Shown here: one piece after another, positions 53,600 through 64,000 of the stretch
Layout of the letters: every line of letters begins with the position of its first letter
Numbering within the stretch: the first letter of the stretch is position 1
DNA from: Podarcis gaigeae
Taxonomy: Eukaryota
Length of the DNA: 64,000 nt
Strand: one strand, 5' to 3'
Assembly (NCBI GenBank): GCA_964106915.2
Contig: OZ066920.1
Program-made: the position numbers and the translations under genes
Notes under the pieces: generated by a model
The model's database searches: none
The model's input: only the letters and a program-made list of their open reading frames with translations
Told to the model about the DNA's origin: nothing

Positions 53600-54375
53600 G
53601 GCCAAATTAGCAGTGAACTCTTGGTTTGTTTCCAGATTCAATTCAAGGTGCTAGTGCTAATTTTTAAAGACCTAAAAGCTTGTGACTGGGTTACTTAAGA
53701 TTTACCTTCATATGTCCCGATGCACATGCTCTGTCATCATCTGTTGCCCTGCTCTAAATCTCTCACACCCTGAGGCACAGCTTCCAGTGACGAGGGCAAG
53801 GTTAGTAGTTCCTGTCCTCTGGAACACCTTACTAAGTGAGATGCGCCAAGCCCCATCACTGTGCTATTTTTAGCTAGTTGGTAAAAAATGTGGCTGCTTA
53901 TAGATGCATGTGGCTGATTGTTTAATCTCTGATGTTTTGGTTCTGGTGGTTGTTTTGAAATTATTTATTGTGGTTTAGATTTGATATACAGTGGACGCTC
54001 GGGTTGTGAACATGATCCATGTGGGATGCACGTTCGCAACCCGCAGCATTCACAACCCACAGTGGTGCTTCTGCACATGCGCAAAATGCGATTCAGCACT
54101 TCTGCACATGCGCAAAATGCGATTTAGCACTTCTGTGCGTGCGCAACCGCCAAAAGTTAGAAGTAACCTGTTCCGGTACTTCCAGGTTTTGGCAGGTCCG
54201 TAACCCAAAAAAACGCAACCTGAAGGGTCTGTAACCCGAGGTATGACTGTATATTGATATTTTGATTTTATAATGTAATGTTACAATAGGAATATATTTT
54301 AATATGGTTGTTGCATTTGAATTCATTAGGTTCCTTGAATTTCTTTTGAAAATTGGGCAAGGTATACACTTTTTA
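53600..54375 (+). mobile_element. Old L2 3' fragment (interrupted by a MITE)
   Basis: ttccagattcaattcaaggtgctagtgcta translates to FQIQFKVLVL. It is followed by LWNTL and a T-rich 3' UTR. Confidence 0.6.
53989..54249. mobile_element. Tc1/mariner MITE, distinct subfamily with internal ~29-bp tandem repeat
   Basis: cagtggacgctcgggttg / taacccgaggtatgactg, a TA TSD, and cttctgcacatgcgcaaaatgcgatt twice. Confidence 0.8.
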
Positions 54376-54467
54376 AAAAATAATTAACATTATTTACACT
54401 TGAGTGAGTGGCAGGCTTGGCCATCATAGCCCCTGTATGTACTAAATTACGCTAGTCTGGCTATGGA

Positions 54468-54496
54468 GTTGTTGTTGTTGTTGTTGTTGTTGTTGT
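54468..54496. repeat. (GTT)n microsatellite
   Basis: Direct reading. Confidence 0.95.
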
Positions 54497-55034
54497 ATAG
54501 AAGCCACTTTGAGAAAGTTTGTATGTATAAGTTAAGTAAGTGAGTAACTTTCAGTCTCAGCTGGGCTTTGTAATGTTTTCTCCGCTATTCACACCCTGCC
54601 CCCCCCCCCCCGCCAGCTATACTATGCAGCTATACTGGACTAATTTCAGATGCAGATTTTTGCAGATATATTTTGAGGAAGCCATTCCCCACTCCAAATA
54701 ACAGAAAGAAGAGGGGGAAATCTCTACTTCAGAGCTAGGCTGGGTAGCTAGAGCTTTCTATAGTGTGGTAGTAAAATATATATTTGTTGACCCAAAGAGA
54801 AGGACAAGAAGAAAAGGAAAGTCAGTGGCACACCTCGGCATCTCAAATTTCAGTGGTGCCCTGTGCAACACCAAAATCCGGTGCCCCCTCACCTCCCGTT
54901 CAACATCATAGTTGTGGTGCTTGCTACACCGACCCAGAAGCTCTGCATGTGGTGCGACCAAATTGGCTGTGCGCCCCTAGATCTGCCCTTGGGGAAGTGC
55001 AGGAAAGCAAATTTTAGCTAACAGGAAAAACCAG

Positions 55035-55190
55035 ACAGCCTCATAAGGTGATGAAGTCTTCGTCACTGGAATTATTTAAGCACAGACTGGATAAACATTT
55101 GTTAGGGATGCAGTGGTTGCATCCTGCATTGCACAGGGGGGTGAATTAGATGACCTCCTAAGTCCCTTCCAACTCTGTGTTTCTATGAAT
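55035..55190 (+). mobile_element. CR1 LINE 3' end
   Basis: actggataaacat...tagatgacctcctaagtcccttccaactctgtgtttctatga is a typical CR1 terminus. Confidence 0.75.
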
Positions 55191-58100
55191 ATTTTTTTTT
55201 TACATTTGGTGGGAAAAGAAGCCAGATTAGGAAAAATCAGAGAAAGAAATCCACATCTCTCTACCTTCCCACAAGATAGGAAGATGCCTCCACCTGCCTG
55301 CACCATTTGAATACTTCCAAATGACATCATTGCTCATGTTGTGCTTCCCAGAACCTTCATTGAAATAACTGCTTCTTCCGGCACTTGCTGAAAGCACATT
55401 TATGGGGTAGATTCTCATTTCCAGTAAATCTGTTATAGCACACACAAGATGTGAGTTAAGAGTGCTGCATGTACATACACATACCATCAATACAACATGC
55501 ATATATTTGTCAAAATATCCATAGCTTTATACTGAGAAATTCAATAGGAAGGCGACGATAAAAGATAAGAATAAACAATAAAATCCCATAAGGTGATAAG
55601 ACTCTGACTCCCCGGCTGAAGCAAAACAACTATCTGGCTGTATCAAGTATTCAGACTATAGCAGGAACATGAACTCCCTGATCACCTCCAATATCTGTTT
55701 CAACTTTTCGTTTGTGCATTCTATGCCAGAGTTCAGCATTGACATTTGTAGAAATGAGAGGCAGAACACAAAGAAGGCAGTTTTAATTATTATTCATAAA
55801 TCAAGTGTCATCAGTGGCAGGCATCACTTTCCACGCACCCTAGTAAAATGTTCATTTTAATCATTTTAAGTAGCTTTTTCACAGCATCACCCTGTGCATG
55901 CAACATTAAAACCCCCATTAATTCCCAATTAGTATCCTTTAATTAAAAATAATAATACATAACTGTTTTCAACAATAGCATTTATATTTGTAAAGAAAAT
56001 TTGAACTTAGCTGTATTACCAAGAATAAATGGGTTCCAACAATTCAGTGGCTTAACAAATGTAACAATTATAAGTGAATTACATATTTTATCGTGAGATT
56101 ATATGAGAGGGCAAATATACCAAAGAACCAGCAATTTACATCTCTAGGAAAGAGGGGGAAAAATGGGGAAGGGGAACATGATATATCCTCTCTACTTCTG
56201 TCCTCCCTCCCCAGCCATCCTTCTGTCTCTCCTTGCAACCATTTCAACAGATGTCTCCTGCAGTTGCAGCTAGGGATGTCAGAAAAATTCTTCACATTTT
56301 TGCACAAATTCCATATGTTTCAGCATTTCAAAGTGTATCCTGGAACTAAAGTTCCTCCTTGTCTTATATACCCCATTAGCCTTTGAATGAATTTGGTGTG
56401 GTGTAGGTTATGTGGGCATTGTTGTTTCCAAAAAATATTTCTTACCTTTAGTAACTGTGGCAACAAGTCACTCTTTAGTTATGCAACAGTATGTCCAAAA
56501 AAGGAGAAATGTCCCAGGCTATTGACTTTACAAAAGAATTTGGTTTGACTAAGATTAAAATAGGCACTGCTTGGACATTATTCCTTAGGTAATGAAAGTG
56601 TAATGAAGATGTCTAACCATAAATATGAACAGTGCAAAACATGCAGTTCACTGCACAAGGGCAGGGGAGGATAGACTTTTTGCATGCAACACGGGACAAC
56701 GAGAAAGATTCAGCCTACGCACAGGATGGTGGGATAGGGATTCACACATGCCTACTGATAGCCATTGAGGTGTCTTGCTAGAGGAAATCATCAGCCACCC
56801 CTGCAGGGCAATCAAGACAGGAGAGGAAAAGCTGCAGTTTGTTGTTAACTGTCATGAGGTGGCAGGGTGTGTCTCAGTCAGCACTGTGGAAGCACATGGT
56901 TGCTGTCCGACTAGCACCACCACCTATGTTGGAAGCCAATTCTAACACTAGGAACTATTAGTCACTCAGCAACCATGCATTCACATGGTTCTGGATTCCT
57001 GATAGTTACTAGTAAGAATGAGCTTTGCTGCACTGGATGATTGCTACTGGGTGCCAGCCAGAGACCCACCTCACTGGCCAGTGCTGCTCTCTTGTTCTGT
57101 TAGTGCAAAGTACTTTTCACCATATCCTGTGCAACTTCCAAAGTTCCAAGTACATTAAGATGATGGGATAGAAGACCAGTGCTACTGCTGGGAAATATCA
57201 ATGCTTGTCTCCTGAATTCTTGCTGATATTCTTCCTTTCCCACTTTCTCTAAATGACCCACAGCACCTCCAGCCCTACTGCTAAGGCCAGGAAATGTTAG
57301 CAGGGAAAACACAGAAAGGAGAAGTGACAAAACTGTCACTTTACTAGGCTTTGCTTGACTGTTAACTGCACCAAGTGTGGTCAGAAATAGAGCCAATATA
57401 ACAACATCAACAACAACAAATGCTAGAATAATTTGTCTGCACATGTAATAATACATATTAAATATATCACATAAAACAATTTTCAGCCTAGATTTCCAAT
57501 GTATCTACATGATTCTTAATAATATTTTTATTAGTGATTCTCATGTGCTTTACCAAACGGGGTCTAATATAGTATTATGTTTAGTTTATGTACCTTTTGG
57601 TCCAAAATATCCTGCAACATGGAATGGATATATATATATATGAAATTTTAAAATGATGAGGAATGCCTACTTTTGAACCCCAAGCTTTGCCATATAACTG
57701 CTTTTCGTGTATTTTTAAAAAAACAACTATTAATGCCTATCTTTGGTGAAAAAATGATAAACAATGTACATATCAAAATTCTAAAGTGTGTAAATGTGTG
57801 CTTTTTTCAAAATAGTGTTGATTCTCATGGTGAGAAAAGTAATAAGCCCTCATTTTAAAAATAAAAGCAGATATCCTGATAAGAATGAGGAGGCAATGCT
57901 AAAGTGTCTCAAAGGCTGCATGTAGTTTCCAATTCTAGCATTCAACAATGATGCCATCTTCTCAATATCATACAACAGTAGTGGGGAACCTTAAGCCCAT
58001 GGGTCAAATGAGACTCGCCAGCTTTGGAAGGTCATTTTGGCTAACCCCATCTACATTTGCTAGGGCTGACATCATATATGAGATCAGATTTGGCACATAT

Positions 58101-59435
58101 TGAAATTTCAGTCCATGGCCAAAGGAATAAAAGTGCACACTTTCCCCACCCCACCCCCTTGGAGCTAAATGTCAGTGCTTTTAAGATTTTGGTATCTTTT
58201 CCTGACACCCTGCTCAGTGGCAGGAAAATTTTAAAAAGTGCTGGCCTTTGACTTCAGGGGAAGAAGGGGTGTGAGCATAGCTAGAAAATGCTGATGATTC
58301 TTTTTGTGTGTGTCCCTAAATTGAATTCAGAGTAGACATGCAAAAGAACATGTTTTCTCTGCAGTTAAAACCTTCCTTTGCAGGTGTGGTTTGATTTGAA
58401 GAAGGGGCTACAAAGAAAGATTGTTCCTTTGCAACCACTTCTTGAACTCAAGATATGCCTGCAAAGAAAAAAAGGAAGAATGAGGAGCACTCCCAATTAT
58501 TTCCTTTGAAGTCATGGTGGTGCCAGGTGATTTACAGTTGGCTGGCCCCACCCACCTGTCAAAGTGGCCCACAAGGGTGGGGGAGTTCTGAAACCACTCC
58601 ACTGGCTGAATCCAGTTCCCCTCCCCTGCTGTACAACCTTAGCTAGGGAGCACCCCTAGTTTAACAAATCCTCACCTGGAAGTCCTGACGGTGTCCTAAA
58701 CAATGAGCTGCTTTGTGCTCACCCAGATCACAATGCCCCTCTCTTTCTTCCAGGTCATGACACAACATTTTGAAATCAATTATCTGGATCACAGTCCAAA
58801 TAACCAAAGTATGTGAGCAATAGGGTGTGGTCAGTTTAATAAAAAGATCTTTGACTAAAATAGAAGTAATGGAGATAAAGTTGGATGTCATTTTGGAATG
58901 AAGAAGTTCCATATTATGTTACAGCAGAATTTTAGAAATATTCTCTTCCTTCAGAAACATTATAAGAAAATATCCATGAACACAAAGATTTATTGAAATA
59001 TACCTTTAGTCACAAAGCCAGAATCTCCAATATTATAATCAACTGTAAGCTATATCATATGTTACTTTTTATATAGTTCTGTATACAGGTTCAGATATAC
59101 TTTAAAAAACAAATATCAACTATCAGCCATTCCACCTCAATTTTTAAATAAATCACTAAAAACACTTGCTGTCGGAATTAAGTAAGACCACCAACCAAGA
59201 TCTCCAGGAACAAAGTGACTATAGTCCTCTATTTTTAAGTGCTCTAACACTTTTTTACACATTGATTCAATCAGGCAGCTATGTACTCACCTGCAGTGTC
59301 CTTCATAGCTACTAAGAAAGGAAACCCACTGATCCTAGTCAGTCCCATAATAAAATCTGCAGTCATTTCAGCTGGATCACAATTTCAAGCTTAACCAAGG
59401 TTCTTGAATTCTACTTTGATCAAGTAGACAGACAT

Positions 59436-59440
59436 ACACA

Positions 59441-59471
<31 letters not shown>
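59436..59471. repeat. (AC)n microsatellite
   Basis: Direct reading. Confidence 0.95.
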
Positions 59472-60289
59472 CCCTGAAGTTACATGGAGCCTTTTTAAAA
59501 GTACAGTAGTTTAATGCAGGGGTTAAATTAACATTTCTCTAAATTTGTCCAAATACTTTATTACACTTTAAAGTGAATGCTAATTTATTATTACTATTAA
59601 TTCCATTTGTTGGTCTCAAAGTGACTTAACAGGGTGCGCATACGAACACTTTTATTTTGTGTGGAGAACCAAAGTCTGCTGACAAACTCATCTTACAATA
59701 CAGCCGGGTCCACCTTTACTCAGAAGTGAGTGCTAAGTAAATGTGCAGCCTGCAACACCTATTCAGGATTTTGAAACTACAGCCCTTTACAATGCTCCTC
59801 TTCTCTAAACTTCTGGCATATACCTTTTCATAAGGTGACGTTATGGCACCAAAGCCATAGGACCCTTAAACAACTAACCATGTGCTTGTTCCCCATATTA
59901 CTTTTTAACAAGTAACAGCCTCAGAAATAACGCCTTGTGACTGAACAAGTCAATTGAAGCTGCGGCTGGAATTTGCGTGTGCTCCTTTTTAAGCAGACAC
60001 ATGGATTATCCTAGTGATATGGTATTTCCGCTTCAGAATTTGGAATGACCCCACCCATTATTACCCGCCAAGCGCATCTCTGCTTTTAAAGCTCAGGAGA
60101 CAAGCAGGGAAACAGGCGAGGTCTCAGCATCACGCAGCCCAACAGTGCAAAAACAAACGAGTCTCCTAAGGGGCGTGGATGCCATCTCTCCATTGTGTGC
60201 CTATTCAGCCGCTCCTGAAAAGCCCTAAGTGGCAGCACGGGCAAGCCTTGACGGGTCAGTTAATTCAACACACAGAGAGTCCAAGGCGC

Positions 60290-63230
60290 ACGACACGAGA
60301 CAGTTGCCCTTGGAGAAGCGCGGGGGGTGGGCAGACTGTGCTGGGCCCCCACCCCGCCTCCCCAAGAGTTAAGGCAACCGGGCCTCGGCGTCAGACCCGG
60401 CTAGGCAAGTCGCCGGCTCGGAGCCTCTTAGGACACTTTCCCCGGCGACCGAGGCCCGGCTGCGCGCCTTCCTTAGCGCAGCGTGGCTGGAGGGAGTTCA
60501 AGGAAGGGGAGCGTGGTGAGCGCGCGTGCCTTACCTCCAGATCTGCCCCAGCTGCAGGATGTGGATGAGCGACTGCATGAGCCAGATGCAGAAGGCGCAG
60601 GAGGCGGACCGGCTCTTGGGGGGCCGGATGCCGCCGCCGCCGCCGCCCGCCCCTGCCGCTCCTCCGGCGGCGGCGTTGGTGCTGCTGCTGCTGTTGGTGC
60701 TGTTGGTGGCGTTGCCCTTGCTGGCGTTGGACGCCTGCCTCTGCGGCGTGCCGGGCCGGGCGCCGGCCTCCATGTCCCCCGCGGCGGAACCGCTGCTCAC
60801 CAGCAGCTTGCTCTCGCCGTGGCCGCCGGCCGACGAGGAGCCGGGCGCTGCCGCCGCCGCCGCCGCCCCGTCCTCGCTGCTGAAGTCGTGCACGAACCAG
60901 CGGAAGCTGAAGACCTGCACCGAGAGCGAGCCCAGCAGCACGAAGAAGAGCGTCAGCCCAAACCACCAGCGCTGGCCGCGCAGGTAGTAGTCGACCGCCA
61001 GCCAGAGGTCCGTGCCCACGTCCGCGAAGTACACGGCCACGGCCGCCAGGATCCAGAGCCCGTCCCACAGCGTGTAGCGCCGCTGCTCCCGGCCCAGCCG
61101 CAGGCACAGCGAGGACGAGCCGCCGCCCGAGCCCCGCGAGCCCCCGGCCGCCCGACCGCCGCCGCCGCTACAGCAGCAGCGGCAGCCGCCGGATGAGCAG
61201 CAGCCGCCGCCGCCGCCACCAGGCGCCTCGTCGTCTTCGGCGCCGCCGGGCCCCGCCGCCGAGGGCAAGCCCGAGGCCAGCGCCTGCACCGAGCCCGAGT
61301 GCTCCGAGTTCTGCAGCGGCGTGAACGCCACCTCGCTGCCCTTCTTCATCTTCAGCCGCCCCCCGTCGGACTTCGCGGCCATGATGCGGCTGGAAGGCGG
61401 CGGCAGGAGCGGCGGCGGCAGGGAGAGGGACCCCGTCCGGGAGCCCCTTGGAGTCCGCCCCCTCCCTCCCCCGCCGCTGCTGCCGCGGACAAGCCGCTCG
61501 CTCGGCGGCTCTTCTCGGGGCGCTGACGGGGCTGGGCCAGCGGCGCTTGCGGGCGCTGCTGGAGCGCCGCCTGCCTGCGGGGAGACCCGCTCACCCGCCC
61601 AGCCCCAGGCGCGAGCAGCCCGGGGAGCGGTCCCCGAAGCAGACCATCCTTTCCTCGGCCTGGCCCGCCCCGCCGCTTTGCCGCCGCCGCTGCCGCCGCC
61701 GCCACCCAGCTGACTGACGCCGGGAAAGAGGATGACCTCATCCCTCTCCCCCCTCCCCAATACACACACGCGCGCGAGAGCGCACACACACACAGAGCAG
61801 CCGTGGCGCCCAGGAGGGAGGGAGGGAGGGAGGGAGACGATGGCACTGGGGAGGGGACGCTGTGGAGCAAGCAGCCGATGCAACAGGATGAGGGGATTTG
61901 AGGGGAGAAAGAATGAATCGCCTAGACGAGGAGCGCTGAGGGGTGGTCTGCAGAAAACGTTCCGGGAAGGACGGGCGGGAGAGGCGTCCGCCTTCCTTTG
62001 CAGAGCGGAGGGGAAAGGATGGCTACTTGTATTCAGGGGACACGGGGAGGGCTACCAAGATTGCCCTCTAAGCGGGGCGGGGGATTTTATTTGACGGGAA
62101 CACACCTGTGGGGGGTATTTCGGCGGGTGGGAAATATATTAATATGTATATACGTGAGGGGAGAGGTAGAGACTGGAGTTCCACCACAGACTTGCCGCCG
62201 CTGCCCGCTTAGGCTGTTTAGTGCCACGCCGCTGTGGCCCTGAGCCTGTTTCGAGGCTGCAAACTGGGCGGGCGCGAGGAGACAGCCGCGGAGCTGCAGC
62301 TGAGGTGATGGGGCCGCGTGGGAGAAGTTGCAGGTGCCCATCCGCGCAGAAGCGCGTGCTTGCCGCGAGGGGTCTAGTTGCCCTTCCGGACGCCAGTCAA
62401 GCGGAGCAGGTGCTCGCGGGGCGGGGAGGTGGGGGAAGCTGGTTTCCCGCCTTCTTGGTACGGGCGAGTGAGCGGAGCCGCGCAGGCGGCTGCCTCATTA
62501 GCAGTGCTTTGTTACTTCAGGCCGCGTGGCGACGAAGAGGAGGGGAGTCTTCCGCAGCAGGTGGCGCACGGGAGTAGGAGGGAGGGGACCGGGAGGCGGC
62601 TCGCGTGCGACGGGCCATGCCCCCAAGAGGGACCTGCTCCTGTTACACGGATGCATTATGTATGTGTGCCACGAGGGAGGGAGGAGGGGCGGACGCGGGA
62701 AAGCCTTTCTTGGCCGCGCGCCAGCTCCACGCTGGTGGGGACGCGGGGGATGAGTCACGCGGGGGGGGGGGTGCGTAGCGCGCGCTGGAATCAAACGGCT
62801 GAAGCAGCGGTCGCGGGAGCAGAGCGAGTGAGTTTTCGTGGCGCTGCCTTCAGCTGGAAGTGCCTTCGCACGAGAGGCGTCCTTATCCCCCTCTTCCACA
62901 AAGCCAAGTGAGCAATCCCCGCCTGAGGCCATTTGCTGGGGATTGGAGACAGGCACATTAGCATGAGGATGTCGGTTAGGACGAGCCAGACCAACAGCGC
63001 AGCTGACAAGAAGAAAGGCTACGGAGGATTAGCGCCTCCTCGGCGAGGCGCGTCGCTCGTGGGCAGGGAGGCGAAGCGCGAAAGGACAGACAGAGTCGCC
63101 CACCTGGCAGAAAGAGCCCATTGTCTCTTAGAGACGTCTTAACTTGGACCGGTGCAAGAGACGGGGGAGCTCCGTTCGCCACACAGGGAAAACCCAGCGC
63201 CCGCGTATCGCGTCGTTTTTCGGCTCTTTG
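60290..63230. promoter_or_regulatory. CpG island / XKR4 promoter and 5' leader
   Basis: Abrupt rise in GC and CpG density over exon 1 and about 1.8 kb upstream, with a GC box (ggggcgggg, ~62074) and GCC-repeat tracts. The TSS cannot be determined from sequence. Confidence 0.85.
60535..61382 (-). CDS. XKR4: XK-related protein 4 (phospholipid scramblase family), coding exon 1: 282 codons + 2 nt, phase-2 donor
   Basis: Translation [33 protein letters not shown]...[76 protein letters not shown]...[19 protein letters not shown] matches vertebrate XKR4 as I recall it. ATG at 61382 has strong context (atcATGg). The exon ends at AG|GTAAGG (GT at 60534-60533). Confidence 0.95.
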
Positions 63231-64000
63231 CACTCCTCACATCTTAGGCACCTTGTTGAAGGTTCCGCTCCCACAAGGAGACCTGACGGACGGAGCTGAG
63301 GGCTCAGCTCATAATTTTGAATATTGCACAGTTTCTTCATGGCATCCCTTTAAATGGGTGGCAGAAGCCGTATTAGGATTTGGGTTTGGAACAAGAGCCT
63401 GCCTCCGAGCATGTTCAGAGTGCTGCCGGATGCCTGATAGGCTTGGGTTTAGTAGCAAAGGTTCTTGTGTTCATAGCACCCAAAGCCAGGGCATCAGGTC
63501 CAGGGTACAGATTCTAGAAAGTATTGGCTTCAGTACCACTTCGCTCTTAGTTTTCGAAACTAGGCCTTCTATATGGACCATATGCAAGTGTCTTTGCACA
63601 ACCATGTATCTCAGCAACCAATAGCAACTACATGTAAGAGCATACTCAGGGGGAAATACTAGCACACAGACCAAGCACCTTTCCCTACACGAACCTTCCC
63701 AGAACCTGTGTTGCATCTTTGTGTACCCCCTTCATGGACAGTGCAAAATGTGGCCACATGAGAAGTTCCTTTTCAGTAGTGACTGCCCAGTTTTGCACGG
63801 CTCTCCCCAGAGAGATGCACCAGGCACCATCATTATCAACTTGTAGGTAACAGGCAAAAACATTCTTGTTCACTCAAGTATTTGGCTTTTCGTTGGGGTC
63901 ATAAGTTTTGATGATACTGAAGCCTGTATTGGTGTTTGTCTTTTAGTATGGTGGGATAGGATTTGCCCTTTTATTTTATTGCAGGATGAGTACTCTTCTT

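Larger units (their letters stand above)
1..60534 (-). other. XKR4: XKR4 intron 1 (partial, continues beyond the left edge)
   Basis: Follows the exon-1 GT donor. No ORF resembling the next XKR4 exon (YFHTIYLGI...) was seen. The region is AT-rich and repeat-rich. Confidence 0.75.

Noticed and set aside
57100-57456. Hydrophobic 118-aa minus-strand ORF resembling a membrane protein
   Set aside because: Hydrophobicity arises partly from a GTT-type repeat and T-rich composition. There is no family motif or splice support.
61383-61883. 167-codon in-frame N-terminal extension of XKR4 (450-aa track ORF)
   Set aside because: It starts at TTG with no in-frame ATG. Recognisable homology begins at MAAKSD, and stop-poor frames are expected in a CpG island.
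60179-63624. Many overlapping 100-240 aa ORFs on both strands
   Set aside because: Low-complexity Ala/Gly/Pro/Arg products of GC-rich DNA or shadows of XKR4, with no recognisable domains.

Overview
Vertebrate genomic DNA, probably from a lacertid lizard (inferred from Sauria/Squam1 and Squam3-type SINEs and the squamate L2/CR1/MITE content). The only host gene is XKR4 on the minus strand: a CpG-island promoter (~60.3-63.2 kb), coding exon 1 (61382-60535) and about 60.5 kb of intron 1, with no exon 2 recognised. The intron holds L2, CR1 and Rex1/Babar LINE fragments, four Sauria SINEs, one Squam3-like SINE, a mariner transposase relic, seven Tc1/mariner(pogo)-type MITEs, several hAT MITEs with 8-bp TSDs and a Harbinger-like MITE. 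The strongest candidate for novelty is a complete ~1.87-kb L1-mobilised retroelement (15013-16885, minus). It has a 14-16 bp TSD at a TT/AAAA site, a CpG-rich ETS/YY1 5' end, a poly(A) tail and a single ~200-aa ORF with no reverse transcriptase, i.e. a 'half-L1'-like element with an unrecognised protein. Also notable: two related GTCCC-repeat elements with no TSD in palindromic sites (one carrying an L2 tail between duplicated termini), a 71-bp dispersed duplication, and uORFs in the XKR4 leader. All calls were made by eye; no database searches were run.
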